Positions 38,898 through 47,349 of a stretch of DNA of 64,000 bases are shown here, one piece after another (position 1 is the stretch's first letter; each line of letters begins with the position of its first letter). Below the pieces are notes generated by a model. The model had not been told where the DNA came from. It made no database searches and was given only the letters and a program-made list of their open reading frames with translations. The translations under genes were made by a program, and so were the position numbers. Location: positions 310,001-374,000 of the IMG/VR virus record IMGVR_UViG_3300030102_006934; one strand, written 5' to 3'.

Positions 38898-39562
38898 TGA
38901 CAAACAATCAAATATTTTTCAATATAGATACACAACAAGACTTTTTTGATAGGGAGTGTGTAGATATACCAAATGGGGAATCTGTTTTAGAAAATTTAAA
39001 ATCAATTAGTAATTATTTAAGGGATAACCAAATTAAAACTATCCATACAATAAGATGGTTCATAGAGGATTCGGAATTCTTTTCTGAGATGCCAGATTAT
39101 AAAACTAAATTCCCTAAACATTGTATTAAAGATACAAAAGGATCTAGATTTATAAGTCAGACAGCACCTATAGGTTATTTTTTGATAAATTGGGAGGGTG
39201 GTGACTTAGTATTCCCAGAAATACACAGAAACACAAACATTGTGGTAACTAAAAAAAATACTGATTTATTTGGTGGTAACTCTTTTTCCGAAGCTTTAAT
39301 AAATAATCTAGGAATTCCAATGATGCAAAGACCATCTTTTTATCTGTACGGTGTTTCAGTTGGTTCCACAGCATTGTCACTATTAAGAAGAGGTTATTCA
39401 GTGACGGTCATTAGTGATGCCAATATAAACTTAGATGGACAAGTATTTAAAAAAGAGGATATAATAAATAGTACTATAAACCCAGAAACTGGTAAACAAG
39501 TAAATGAGGTGTTACCATTAAATTTTATAACAACAAAAGAGTTAATAGATGGAAATAAATAG
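38897..39562 (+). CDS. Nicotinamidase/isochorismatase-fold protein, catalytic Cys apparently absent
   Basis: IDTQQDF, FPKHC, VTK, YGVSVGSTAL, VISDA. Confidence 0.7.
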   Translation: MTNNQIFFNIDTQQDFFDRECVDIPNGESVLENLKSISNYLRDNQIKTIHTIRWFIEDSEFFSEMPDYKTKFPKHCIKDTKGSRFISQTAPIGYFLINWEGGDLVFPEIHRNTNIVVTKKNTDLFGGNSFSEALINNLGIPMMQRPSFYLYGVSVGSTALSLLRRGYSVTVISDANINLDGQVFKKEDIINSTINPETGKQVNEVLPLNFITTKELIDGNK

Positions 39563-40172
39563 TGAATCAATAGAGAGATGGGGTTCGATAGGTTTGTTAG
39601 AGGGACTACCTATATGGGAGAAAAATGAGTTAGCCTTAATTTTAGATAACGCCACAAAAATATTGTTAGACCAAATTAAGAGAAAATCTTTAAGCGATGA
39701 ATTTTTAGACATTTATGATAATGTGTACATCCCTATTTGTAGAAGATTATATAGAAGGGTTGGCCCTAGGTTTGACATTATTAAGATGATGGATAGATTG
39801 ATGGATGATACGATACTTAATTTTGACTTACTTAAAGGGAAAGTTGAAAACAAAAAAAAGGAAAAACTAAGTCAAAAAGACCCAATAGTAGAGTTCTGTG
39901 TTAATTTTTCCGATTCTTACGAGGATGAAGAAACTCTTAAAAGTTTTTTATCAGAAGAAGATTATGAAAAAAAGGTAGATCTAATTTTAGAAAGAATGCG
40001 GTCTGTGTTATTAAATAATAGGAATGTTTTAAGTTTTAAGAATACTGGTACCGATTGGGATATAAAATTATCGGAAGAGAAAAGGTCAGTTAGTCATGTT
40101 AGGTTTTGGAATCAAAAAATGTCTAACTCTTTTCTACTACAATCTCTATCAGATATAAACAAAGGTATATAA
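39549..40172 (+). CDS. Hypothetical protein; N-terminus resembles that of T4-like major capsid proteins
   Basis: IERWGSIGLLEGL...LALILDN...IPICRR. Confidence 0.5.
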   Translation: MEINSESIERWGSIGLLEGLPIWEKNELALILDNATKILLDQIKRKSLSDEFLDIYDNVYIPICRRLYRRVGPRFDIIKMMDRLMDDTILNFDLLKGKVENKKKEKLSQKDPIVEFCVNFSDSYEDEETLKSFLSEEDYEKKVDLILERMRSVLLNNRNVLSFKNTGTDWDIKLSEEKRSVSHVRFWNQKMSNSFLLQSLSDINKGI

Positions 40173-40657
40173 TGGAAAAGGCAGAGAGGTTAAAAAATCA
40201 AATTTTCTTTGATGATAGGGGTTCATTTAGTCCTCTATCACTTAATTTATTAGATAAAGTATGGGTTCAAAGTAATGTTAGTGTCAACCCCCAAAAATGG
40301 ACTCTAAGAGGACTCCATTTCCAAAAGGGTTGGTACTCACAAGCTAAACTGATAAAAGTTATAAAAGGTGAGATATTGGACTTTGTGGTGGATTTAAGAG
40401 GCGATACCCCATCCAAAGTTGAGTTTTTTCAAATGTCTGAGGGTGATGAAATAATTGTCCCTAAAGGTTACGCCCATGGGTTTATCACTTTAGAAGATAA
40501 TACTGTAGTACAATATTTAGTGGATAATGAGTACAACCCAAGTTCAGAAGGTAATATAGTGTGGACCAATTTCGAATCTATTTTGAATAAAATAAAAGAG
40601 GTTTCCCCAGAATTTGATGATTCTAAAGTGATAATTTCAAAAAAAGATTTAATTTAA
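40172..40657 (+). CDS. rmlC: dTDP-4-dehydrorhamnose 3,5-epimerase
   Basis: DDRGSF, TLRGLHFQ, QAKLI, VVDLR, GYAHGF, YLVDNEY. Confidence 0.9.
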   Translation: MEKAERLKNQIFFDDRGSFSPLSLNLLDKVWVQSNVSVNPQKWTLRGLHFQKGWYSQAKLIKVIKGEILDFVVDLRGDTPSKVEFFQMSEGDEIIVPKGYAHGFITLEDNTVVQYLVDNEYNPSSEGNIVWTNFESILNKIKEVSPEFDDSKVIISKKDLI

Positions 40658-40842
40658 TCACAAAACCTGTTGACCATTTAAAATAAGTTTAGTAGTATTG
40701 TATTGTATTTAAACAGAGAAGTCTGAGAAAAAGAAAGAAGAGAAATTTTTTAAACTTGGTTATCGTGTTAAGTTAAAAAGTTGTAAACTTAATTATTGAA
40801 AAGAGACTTAATGTTTAAGGGGGTATAAAATCCCCCATATAA

Positions 40843-40914
40843 GCGGGTGTAGTTTAAAAGTAAAACATTTAACATCCAGTTAGAAGTTGGCGGTGCGAAT
40901 CCGACCTACCCGCT
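40843..40914 (+). tRNA. Non-canonical tRNA-Gly(TCC), copy 1
   Basis: GCGGGTG/TACCCGC+T73; loop CATCCAG (A33); T arm GGCGG-TGCGAAT-CCG(A)CC; D loop lacks GG. Confidence 0.8.
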
Positions 40915-40952
40915 CTAAAATTAAGAAAGACAGTTATACTGTCAAAATATAA

Positions 40953-41024
40953 GCGGATGTAGTTTAATGGTAAAACGTTTAACATCCAGTTAGAAGTTAG
41001 GAGTTCGATTCTCACTCATCCGCT
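40953..41024 (+). tRNA. Non-canonical tRNA-Gly(TCC), copy 2
   Basis: GCGGATG/CATCCGC+T73; loop CATCCAG (A33); T arm AGGAG-TTCGATT-CTC(A)CT. Confidence 0.85.
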
Positions 41025-41053
41025 CAATTTAAAAAAAGATTAACTCAATTAAA

Positions 41054-41188
41054 ATGAGGAAAAAACATCTAACCAAAAAATACGCTAAGTTAATATCCTT
41101 TAGACTTTTAGCCACTGTAAAACATGTGGACTATGAGTGGTTGGAAAAAGTCCTTTCGGATTTAATAGACGCTTCAAATAAAAAGTAG
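41054..41188 (+). CDS. Small hypothetical protein (44 aa)
   Basis: Open frame read by eye. Confidence 0.5.
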   Translation: MRKKHLTKKYAKLISFRLLATVKHVDYEWLEKVLSDLIDASNKK

Positions 41189-41189
41189 T

Positions 41190-41414
41190 ATGATTAAAAA
41201 AAGAACTTTAAACGAATATAGACAAACAAAAGACTCGGTGTATAAAGTTACAAATGGTAAGGACAATAGTCACCCAAAATACAAATCATTAGATAAACCA
41301 TTACTCACTCAAGAAGATATGTCTGAGTTAATTGATTTAATTAGTAGTACACCTAATGATTGGGATTTAGGTCAAAGAATTAGAGAATATTTTATTAAAA
41401 AAACTCTAGTATAA
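41190..41414 (+). CDS. Hypothetical protein
   Basis: TPNDWDLGQRIR. Confidence 0.7.
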   Translation: MIKKRTLNEYRQTKDSVYKVTNGKDNSHPKYKSLDKPLLTQEDMSELIDLISSTPNDWDLGQRIREYFIKKTLV

Positions 41415-41451
41415 TAAAAAAATAAGGTTCTAACCTTAAAAAAAAAATAGT

Positions 41452-41607
41452 ATGGATAAGATAAAGAAAATAGTTAACTCTTCTTGGTTTAGGTCAGCTT
41501 TAGCTGGTTTAGTTGCCGTAGGTTTGGTCATCAAGGGTGAGTTATTTTACGCAGGTATCGCTATAGGTATTGGTGTTAGAGAATTCTTACTAGCATTTAA
41601 ATCTTAG
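41452..41607 (+). CDS. Small two-TM membrane protein (51 aa)
   Basis: MDKIKKIVNSSWFRSALAGLV...; terminator follows. Confidence 0.65.
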   Translation: MDKIKKIVNSSWFRSALAGLVAVGLVIKGELFYAGIAIGIGVREFLLAFKS

Positions 41608-41624
41608 TATGAAAAGTAAATTAA

Positions 41625-41654
41625 AAAACCTTGTGATTACAAGGTTTTTTTTTT
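41625..41654 (+). terminator. Rho-independent terminator
   Basis: AAAACCTTGT-gatt-ACAAGGTTTT plus T-run. Confidence 0.85.
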
Positions 41655-41700
41655 ATTCCGTAAGGTTGATTTAATGGTTTTAATTTAATATCGTTATTTT

Positions 41701-42171
41701 ATGGACTATAAAAAGGGTGAAATAGTAAAGATTAGTGATGATAGGTTAGTTAAAATAATTAATTTACCAGGATCTTTTATGTCCAACGGATCTTATGAAG
41801 TTGTTGAATGGATAGATAATGGAGTGGGTGAGATAGGGAAACCTTTTTGGGTTAAACCAGAAAAAATCATGTACCCTATCAAAAAGGAAATGTTAGACGA
41901 TATTAACCACTACTTTGAGGTTATATGGGATGAAGATGGTTTAAATTTAATACCCAAAAACTTCTCATTAATAGATATTGAGTCTGATAGAGACGACTTT
42001 AATAGAATTAAATTTACTTTTGAAGAAGGGAGAAAACATAAAACTGTTAATATTCATGTGGGTGGTGTACCAATTAATGATAAAGACAAAATCACCACCA
42101 GACCCAAGAAGAAGAAAAGTAAAGTGAAAAAAATTATAAATGTTTTAAAAGAAAAAGAAGATGAAGTTTGA
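41701..42171 (+). CDS. Hypothetical protein
   Basis: ORF track. Confidence 0.7.
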   Translation: MDYKKGEIVKISDDRLVKIINLPGSFMSNGSYEVVEWIDNGVGEIGKPFWVKPEKIMYPIKKEMLDDINHYFEVIWDEDGLNLIPKNFSLIDIESDRDDFNRIKFTFEEGRKHKTVNIHVGGVPINDKDKITTRPKKKKSKVKKIINVLKEKEDEV

Positions 42172-42628
42172 AAAACCTTTTCACATTAAAATACAACCTT
42201 ATTACAATATTAAAGAACCTACCACTGAAAGAGAAAATGCTGAGACTACTTTAAATGTTAGAGAGTTAGGTGGTATGACAACTACTACGGGTGAAAGACT
42301 AGAAGGACAAGAAGTTGAAATGATTAGAAGTGGTGGTAAAATGGATTGGAACCTTTTTAATGAGTCTAATGGTGGTAAACCCCAAAATAATCTCCATTTG
42401 ATGCGTATTTGGACTCTACAGATGGTGACACAAATGGTTAATGAAAAGGCCTATACTAATGAGTTCCATAGTGAACCTAAATTTGGGGTATCTGAAGAAG
42501 ATAAAAATATAGTTTTAAAAACAATCCGTAAAATGACTAATATTTTAAACGATGAATTAGAAAAAACTAGTAATTCATTAATAACAAAAAAGAAAAATAA
42601 ATTTAATTTTAGTGAAAATGTTGAATAA
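42161..42628 (+). CDS. Hypothetical protein
   Basis: ORF track. Confidence 0.7.
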   Translation: MKFEKPFHIKIQPYYNIKEPTTERENAETTLNVRELGGMTTTTGERLEGQEVEMIRSGGKMDWNLFNESNGGKPQNNLHLMRIWTLQMVTQMVNEKAYTNEFHSEPKFGVSEEDKNIVLKTIRKMTNILNDELEKTSNSLITKKKNKFNFSENVE

Positions 42629-42884
42629 AGAAAAAAAATTATATGAGATAATATCGGACAATGGTTCCTATATCTATTTAGATGAGTTAAATAATGTTAT
42701 CTATGATGCAGACTTTAAAGTTGTGTTAGGTAAAATAAGTGATGAATTTAGGTTCATACCAAAGTCTAATACAGTTTTAGAACAAGGATTAACACCACAA
42801 ATGTTAACTTTAATCTCTAATTTAATTAAAAAGAAGGCGGGTATAGGTGAAAAAAGAGCTGAGTCTATTGAGGTAGAGGATTAA
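42612..42884 (+). CDS. Hypothetical protein
   Basis: ORF track. Confidence 0.65.
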   Translation: MKMLNKEKKLYEIISDNGSYIYLDELNNVIYDADFKVVLGKISDEFRFIPKSNTVLEQGLTPQMLTLISNLIKKKAGIGEKRAESIEVED

Positions 42885-42917
42885 AAACTTATTATAGTAA
42901 CAACATATTTATATGGT

Positions 42918-44147
42918 ATGGGGTTAAGTTCTATAATAAAACATTTTTTAACTGAAGTAGGTGGAATATCTATTGAGTCCAGAAAATGGGCTAAAATAAT
43001 AGAAAAATATGTTTCAGATGTCTTAGAAAAACAAAGGGAAGAACAGAAGAAAAATACACCTCAAAAGGGTTATGGGAAAGAAACAGATTACCCAGAAGAT
43101 TTTGAAAGCTACTACGACTCTTACCCAACTCACTTTATAAATGATGAGGGTCAAGAATATAATGTAGGATATGTCTACGGTTTGGAAATTATTGATTACG
43201 TAGATGAAGATATAAGAGATATTATAGAAAATGTTTTATTCGAAGTTGAGTTTGACTCTGATGGTTTGTTTATAGATGTCGTTAATTTTGAAATAGAGGA
43301 GTTGGAGCCGTTTTTTGGCCAAATTTATGGAGCCGTTGAAGATTACATATTCGATGGTGGTCACTTTATTGATGATGATTACAACCAGTTAGAGGTCGTA
43401 TACAACAAAAATGATCAATTTGATTATTTCTATGAGAGTAACTTAGAATTTTTTTCAACACCAAGCATAGAACAAATAGAAATAGAAGGTAAGTATTTTC
43501 CAGAAGCTTATAAAGATTTTAGTGTAGATAAATGGATTATAAAAAATTCTAATAGAATAGAATACGACCATAGGGAATCTGGTTACGATAAAGATGGTAA
43601 TTATTTAGTTTATCTGAATATGCCATTATACTCTGTTGGTGGGTCAGCACTAAATCATGAGATAAAACACGCTTTCGATGATTGGAACAGAATTAGTAGA
43701 GGGGCTCAACCAATAAGGTCTAGTTGGGAAATTAAAAATATATATACACCAGATTTTGAGAAATTAATTTTAGGGGACTCCCGTAAATTTGGGAGTGTGT
43801 TATCTGAAATAATAAAAAAGTATTATATGGGATCTAAATTAGAAGTACCAGCTTACCTAGAAAGTGAGTTCGATGACCCAACAATGACCAATTATAAAGC
43901 CGTTGCTAAGGATATGATTAATTTTAAGGTTTCTAACTACCTAGATAAAGATGGTAATCCTATGGGACCTTTACAAGAAAATTGGTCTAATTTAATAGGT
44001 AATTATGATATCCCATTTTTTAAGAAGTTTCCAGATGTTTTAGAGTTTTTAAAGTATACTCAGAAACACTTCAATAAAAGAGGTGAATATATTTTAAAGA
44101 AAATAAATAAAATGAGTTATTTAAACGATAAAAACAAAAAAAAATAA
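42918..44147 (+). CDS. HExxH-containing protein with IIKHFLTE signal
   Basis: LNHEIKHAFD...LEVPAY; ATATTTATA upstream. Confidence 0.65.
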   Translation: MGLSSIIKHFLTEVGGISIESRKWAKIIEKYVSDVLEKQREEQKKNTPQKGYGKETDYPEDFESYYDSYPTHFINDEGQEYNVGYVYGLEIIDYVDEDIRDIIENVLFEVEFDSDGLFIDVVNFEIEELEPFFGQIYGAVEDYIFDGGHFIDDDYNQLEVVYNKNDQFDYFYESNLEFFSTPSIEQIEIEGKYFPEAYKDFSVDKWIIKNSNRIEYDHRESGYDKDGNYLVYLNMPLYSVGGSALNHEIKHAFDDWNRISRGAQPIRSSWEIKNIYTPDFEKLILGDSRKFGSVLSEIIKKYYMGSKLEVPAYLESEFDDPTMTNYKAVAKDMINFKVSNYLDKDGNPMGPLQENWSNLIGNYDIPFFKKFPDVLEFLKYTQKHFNKRGEYILKKINKMSYLNDKNKKK

Positions 44148-44194
44148 TTCACATTTTACTTTTCTTATATAGATTTTTTATCTACAATTAAAAT

Positions 44195-44389
44195 ATGAGA
44201 AATAGTTATATAATTAAAAAAATTATGGCGGATGCTAAGGGTGATAAAAAACATGTATTACTTTTAGATTCACAGAATGAAGTTTTAGAGATGAAATCAA
44301 TGAAAGAGGCTAATAAGTTAGTTGACATATTAAATTCAAATTCTGACAGTGGTTGGGTTTACGAAATAATGGAGATTAAAAATAAATGA
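44195..44389 (+). CDS. Hypothetical protein
   Basis: ORF track. Confidence 0.7.
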   Translation: MRNSYIIKKIMADAKGDKKHVLLLDSQNEVLEMKSMKEANKLVDILNSNSDSGWVYEIMEIKNK

Positions 44390-44396
44390 TTTTAAA

Positions 44397-44759
44397 ATGT
44401 CTTGTGAAGGGGAGCCTTTTTGGGCTAAAAAGAAGAGAGATCAATGGGAACAACTAAAGTTTAATTCAGAATTTCTGAAAGAATCTTTAGAAAAAAATGG
44501 AGAGTTACATTGTGAGTATTGTGGGAAGGATAATTTAACTATCTATGAGTGGTGTGAAAAAGTTAATTTTAATGATGTCGCTACTGTAGATCATTTTTAC
44601 CCTAAATCAAGATATCAGAACTTAAAAAAGGATAAAAATAACTTAATTGTATCTTGTTATAACTGTAATAATAAGAAAAAAGATTCTGTTTGGGATATAG
44701 AAAATATAAAACACCCAATGGACCTTGATAAAATTAAAAAAATTAAAAAAATTGTTTAA
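44397..44759 (+). CDS. HNH endonuclease
   Basis: CEYCG, TVDHFYP, NLIVSCYNCNNKK. Confidence 0.85.
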   Translation: MSCEGEPFWAKKKRDQWEQLKFNSEFLKESLEKNGELHCEYCGKDNLTIYEWCEKVNFNDVATVDHFYPKSRYQNLKKDKNNLIVSCYNCNNKKKDSVWDIENIKHPMDLDKIKKIKKIV

Positions 44760-45225
44760 AAAAGGGTTAGATTTTGAGAATTTACTACACAAGTTAAAAC
44801 CAAGTACTGCAATATTTTCATTAATTTTTTTGATAGTAATAGTATTAAGCGAACAACCACTAGAGTCAATATCATCCACATGGGGTACACCTTTACAACC
44901 CATGTTTATAATAACTAACGCCTTAACTAGTTACTTTTTCTTTGAACTTAAAAAGTGGAGGTTAGCCGCTTTATTCCTTTTACTACTAACAGCATTCCCA
45001 CTAGACACTTTCAAAGAAGTTCACGATATTTCAGCAACATTGTTTTTTTTATTTTGTATGAGAGGATTATTTTTTATTAAAAAATTTAGATTTTACTTAG
45101 TAATTTACATGTTTTCCCCAATAATATGGTTAATTTATAATCTTTTTTGGTTCGAAGTTTACGCTATTTTTGTTTTATGTCTTTACCATTTAAATTTAAT
45201 TTATTATATTAGGTTTAAAATATAG
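44725..45225 (+). CDS. Multi-TM membrane protein (start uncertain)
   Basis: Hydrophobic helices; SISSTW, HDISA. Confidence 0.6.
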   Translation: MIKLKKLKKLFKKGLDFENLLHKLKPSTAIFSLIFLIVIVLSEQPLESISSTWGTPLQPMFIITNALTSYFFFELKKWRLAALFLLLLTAFPLDTFKEVHDISATLFFLFCMRGLFFIKKFRFYLVIYMFSPIIWLIYNLFWFEVYAIFVLCLYHLNLIYYIRFKI

Positions 45226-45228
45226 AAA

Positions 45229-45393
45229 ATGGATGAAATTAATCAAAAAAGTATTGGAGATTTAACTGTTTCGGAGGCTATGGTTTTATTAACCCCAATA
45301 AGTTTATCCTATGGATTAAGATTAAATAGATTAAAAGAATTTAAATTAGCTAGATTGATACTAGTTAATTTGTATAGTAGAGAGTTGATTTGA
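45229..45393 (+). CDS. Small hypothetical protein (54 aa)
   Basis: Open frame read by eye; TGATG coupling to a 34-aa ORF at 45393-45497. Confidence 0.55.
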   Translation: MDEINQKSIGDLTVSEAMVLLTPISLSYGLRLNRLKEFKLARLILVNLYSRELI

Positions 45394-45523
45394 TGGGTAG
45401 GTTTTTAAATTTTTTGAGGTCTTGGTGGAAAGAACACATTGTAGACGTTTGCCCACCAGAATTAGAGGACGAAGAGTTTTCTGAAAAATATAGGTAAATA
45501 ATAAAAATTAAAAATAAAAAAAA

Positions 45524-45898
45524 ATGAGTATTAAAAAACGTTTTGTTGAAATGATTAAAAATGGTTACCCAGAGTTTAACCAAGAAAGTGACTCTGTTGA
45601 AATTGAATTTGAAGGTGGAGGGGATGACTTTGGTTCTTTTCATTATATTGACATCTATCCTAATAGAGAGGGTGATGTAGATTTAAATGAAGATGAAAAT
45701 CGTAATCTTCTTTTGGATATTATTGATGCTGGTAATGTACACTATACTTGGATTAACAATGGTACAACTGGTAATATCAAGTATAATGAAGAAGGTGAAC
45801 AGGAATTATCAGTTTATACTTTAGTTAGTGAAGAACATTACGGTTATGTTGAAGAGGAGGAAGAAGTTGAAAACACAAATGAAGAAGTAAATGGCTAA
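45524..45898 (+). CDS. Acidic protein, DUF6878-like
   Basis: VEIEFEGGGDDFG...NNGTTG. Confidence 0.55.
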   Translation: MSIKKRFVEMIKNGYPEFNQESDSVEIEFEGGGDDFGSFHYIDIYPNREGDVDLNEDENRNLLLDIIDAGNVHYTWINNGTTGNIKYNEEGEQELSVYTLVSEEHYGYVEEEEEVENTNEEVNG

Positions 45899-46295
45899 CC
45901 CTAGAGTACATTCAAAGTCTTCAGTAAGATTATGGGGTGGTGAGATAGAAGACTATCTACCACTTCATAATAAAATGGATTGTTCTAAGAAGTATTTTTC
46001 AGACAATAGACATCGAACATTAACACACAATATGTTTTTTATTTTTGAGGTTATGTTGCCTTTATTTGGGGAGTATATAACCAATTCATCTGGTAAAGTT
46101 GTGTCAGTTAAAGATATATGTGAATACCATATACTAGAGGATTACGGTAAGAAATTTATACCCAACGTATCAGACTTTTTATCTGAGATGGATATTAAAC
46201 CTTGGATGGCTAATGGCGTTGGTGAGAATCCATATTCCATCAAGAAAAATGTTTCGGAGGAGAAAAAGGTTTTGAAAAGAATATTAATAGATTAA
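45891..46295 (+). CDS. DUF6915-like protein
   Basis: MANPRVHSKSSVRLWGG...HRTLTH...HILEDYG..FIP. Confidence 0.7.
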   Translation: MANPRVHSKSSVRLWGGEIEDYLPLHNKMDCSKKYFSDNRHRTLTHNMFFIFEVMLPLFGEYITNSSGKVVSVKDICEYHILEDYGKKFIPNVSDFLSEMDIKPWMANGVGENPYSIKKNVSEEKKVLKRILID

Positions 46296-46461
46296 TGTGA
46301 AAAATATATTAAAAAAAATAATAATATTCTTTTTAATTAGGAATATTGGTAAAAAAAATAGAAGTAAATATGATAGGATTTAAATACGTTTTATTAGTTT
46401 TCACACTAACCTTTATATTTATAATTTACTCAGCTAAAAAATGGTATAAAAAAAGTGGTAA

Positions 46462-46683
46462 ATGAAGTCTTTAGATCTCCATGGTATAAAACACGCCGAT
46501 GTCTTTAGAAAAGTGGACACATTTGTTGGTGAAAATATTATACGGGGGGTTAACGAGGTAGAAATAATAACTGGTTACAGTGTGAAAATGAAATCTTTAG
46601 TTAACATAGTTTTAGATGATTATGGGTTAGATTCTGAAGAAGATTTTTTAAATAAAGGAAGATTAGTGGTTAAACTAATTTAA
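46462..46683 (+). CDS. Standalone Smr-domain protein
   Basis: LDLHG...EIITG...NKG. Confidence 0.75.
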   Translation: MKSLDLHGIKHADVFRKVDTFVGENIIRGVNEVEIITGYSVKMKSLVNIVLDDYGLDSEEDFLNKGRLVVKLI

Positions 46684-46710
46684 TATAATAACAAAAAAAA
46701 CAGAAGCAAA

Positions 46711-47016
46711 ATGAAAAAAATGTTTAAACGATTAATTGACTTGTTTAGGTCAAAAAAAGAAGAAAAGGTTACGGAAAGACCTAAACCAAAAGCTAAACCA
46801 AAAGCTAAATCAAAAGCTAAATCAAAAGCTAAACCAAAAGCTAAATCAAAAGCTAAACCAAAAGCTAAACCAAAAAAAACAAAAGTTAACATCACATCAC
46901 AAATGAAAAAAGACTTTGTTAAAGATAGGGAAAAGGGTTTAAGTTTTAAATCTATTGGTGAAAAGTACGGGATACCAACCAGTACTGTAACCTACCATAT
47001 AAAAAATAATAAATGA
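46711..47016 (+). CDS. Basic protein with KAKP/KAKS repeats and C-terminal HTH
   Basis: GLSFKSIGEKYGIPTSTVTYHI. Confidence 0.7.
   Translation: MKKMFKRLIDLFRSKKEEKVTERPKPKAKPKAKSKAKSKAKPKAKSKAKPKAKPKKTKVNITSQMKKDFVKDREKGLSFKSIGEKYGIPTSTVTYHIKNNK
46781..46874 (+). repeat. Coding 12-bp tandem repeat (CTAAA[C/T]CAAAAG) x ~8
   Basis: Read directly; encodes KAKP/KAKS. Confidence 0.9.
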
Positions 47017-47318
47017 GTAAAAAACTCAAAAAGTTAAAACAAGAATACAGAGATTCTACACCTAAAGAAATTAGAGAAGCTATATTAGAAAATACAGTAT
47101 ATGGTTTTTTAGGTTCGACATTAATAGTTTTTATATCTTCTGGTGTAGATATTGCTGTATTAATAAGTTACCTAGTTTACTACTTCTTTTTAGGTAAGGT
47201 TGTTAATAGACCTAAATATGTAACTTCTTTAGGTAAGTTTATATTGTTCCCGGTACCTACATCTTTAGGGGCATTCATAGGATATAAATTCGCTGGTTAC
47301 ATTTCACTAGTAATGTAA
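47013..47318 (+). CDS. Membrane protein
   Basis: Three TMs. Confidence 0.7.
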   Translation: MSKKLKKLKQEYRDSTPKEIREAILENTVYGFLGSTLIVFISSGVDIAVLISYLVYYFFLGKVVNRPKYVTSLGKFILFPVPTSLGAFIGYKFAGYISLVM

Positions 47319-47349
47319 GATCAAAAAAGGGACCTAAGTCCCTTTCATC

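Noticed and set aside
40843-41024. Reading the two tRNAs as Trp(CCA)
   Set aside because: Centering CCA breaks the anticodon stem; acceptor stem and U73 are Gly-type
12164-44759. HNH genes as intron-encoded or mobile homing elements
   Set aside because: Free-standing, with no interrupted host gene or intron structure around them
46781-46874. CRISPR-like repeat
   Set aside because: No spacers; in-frame coding 12-bp repeat
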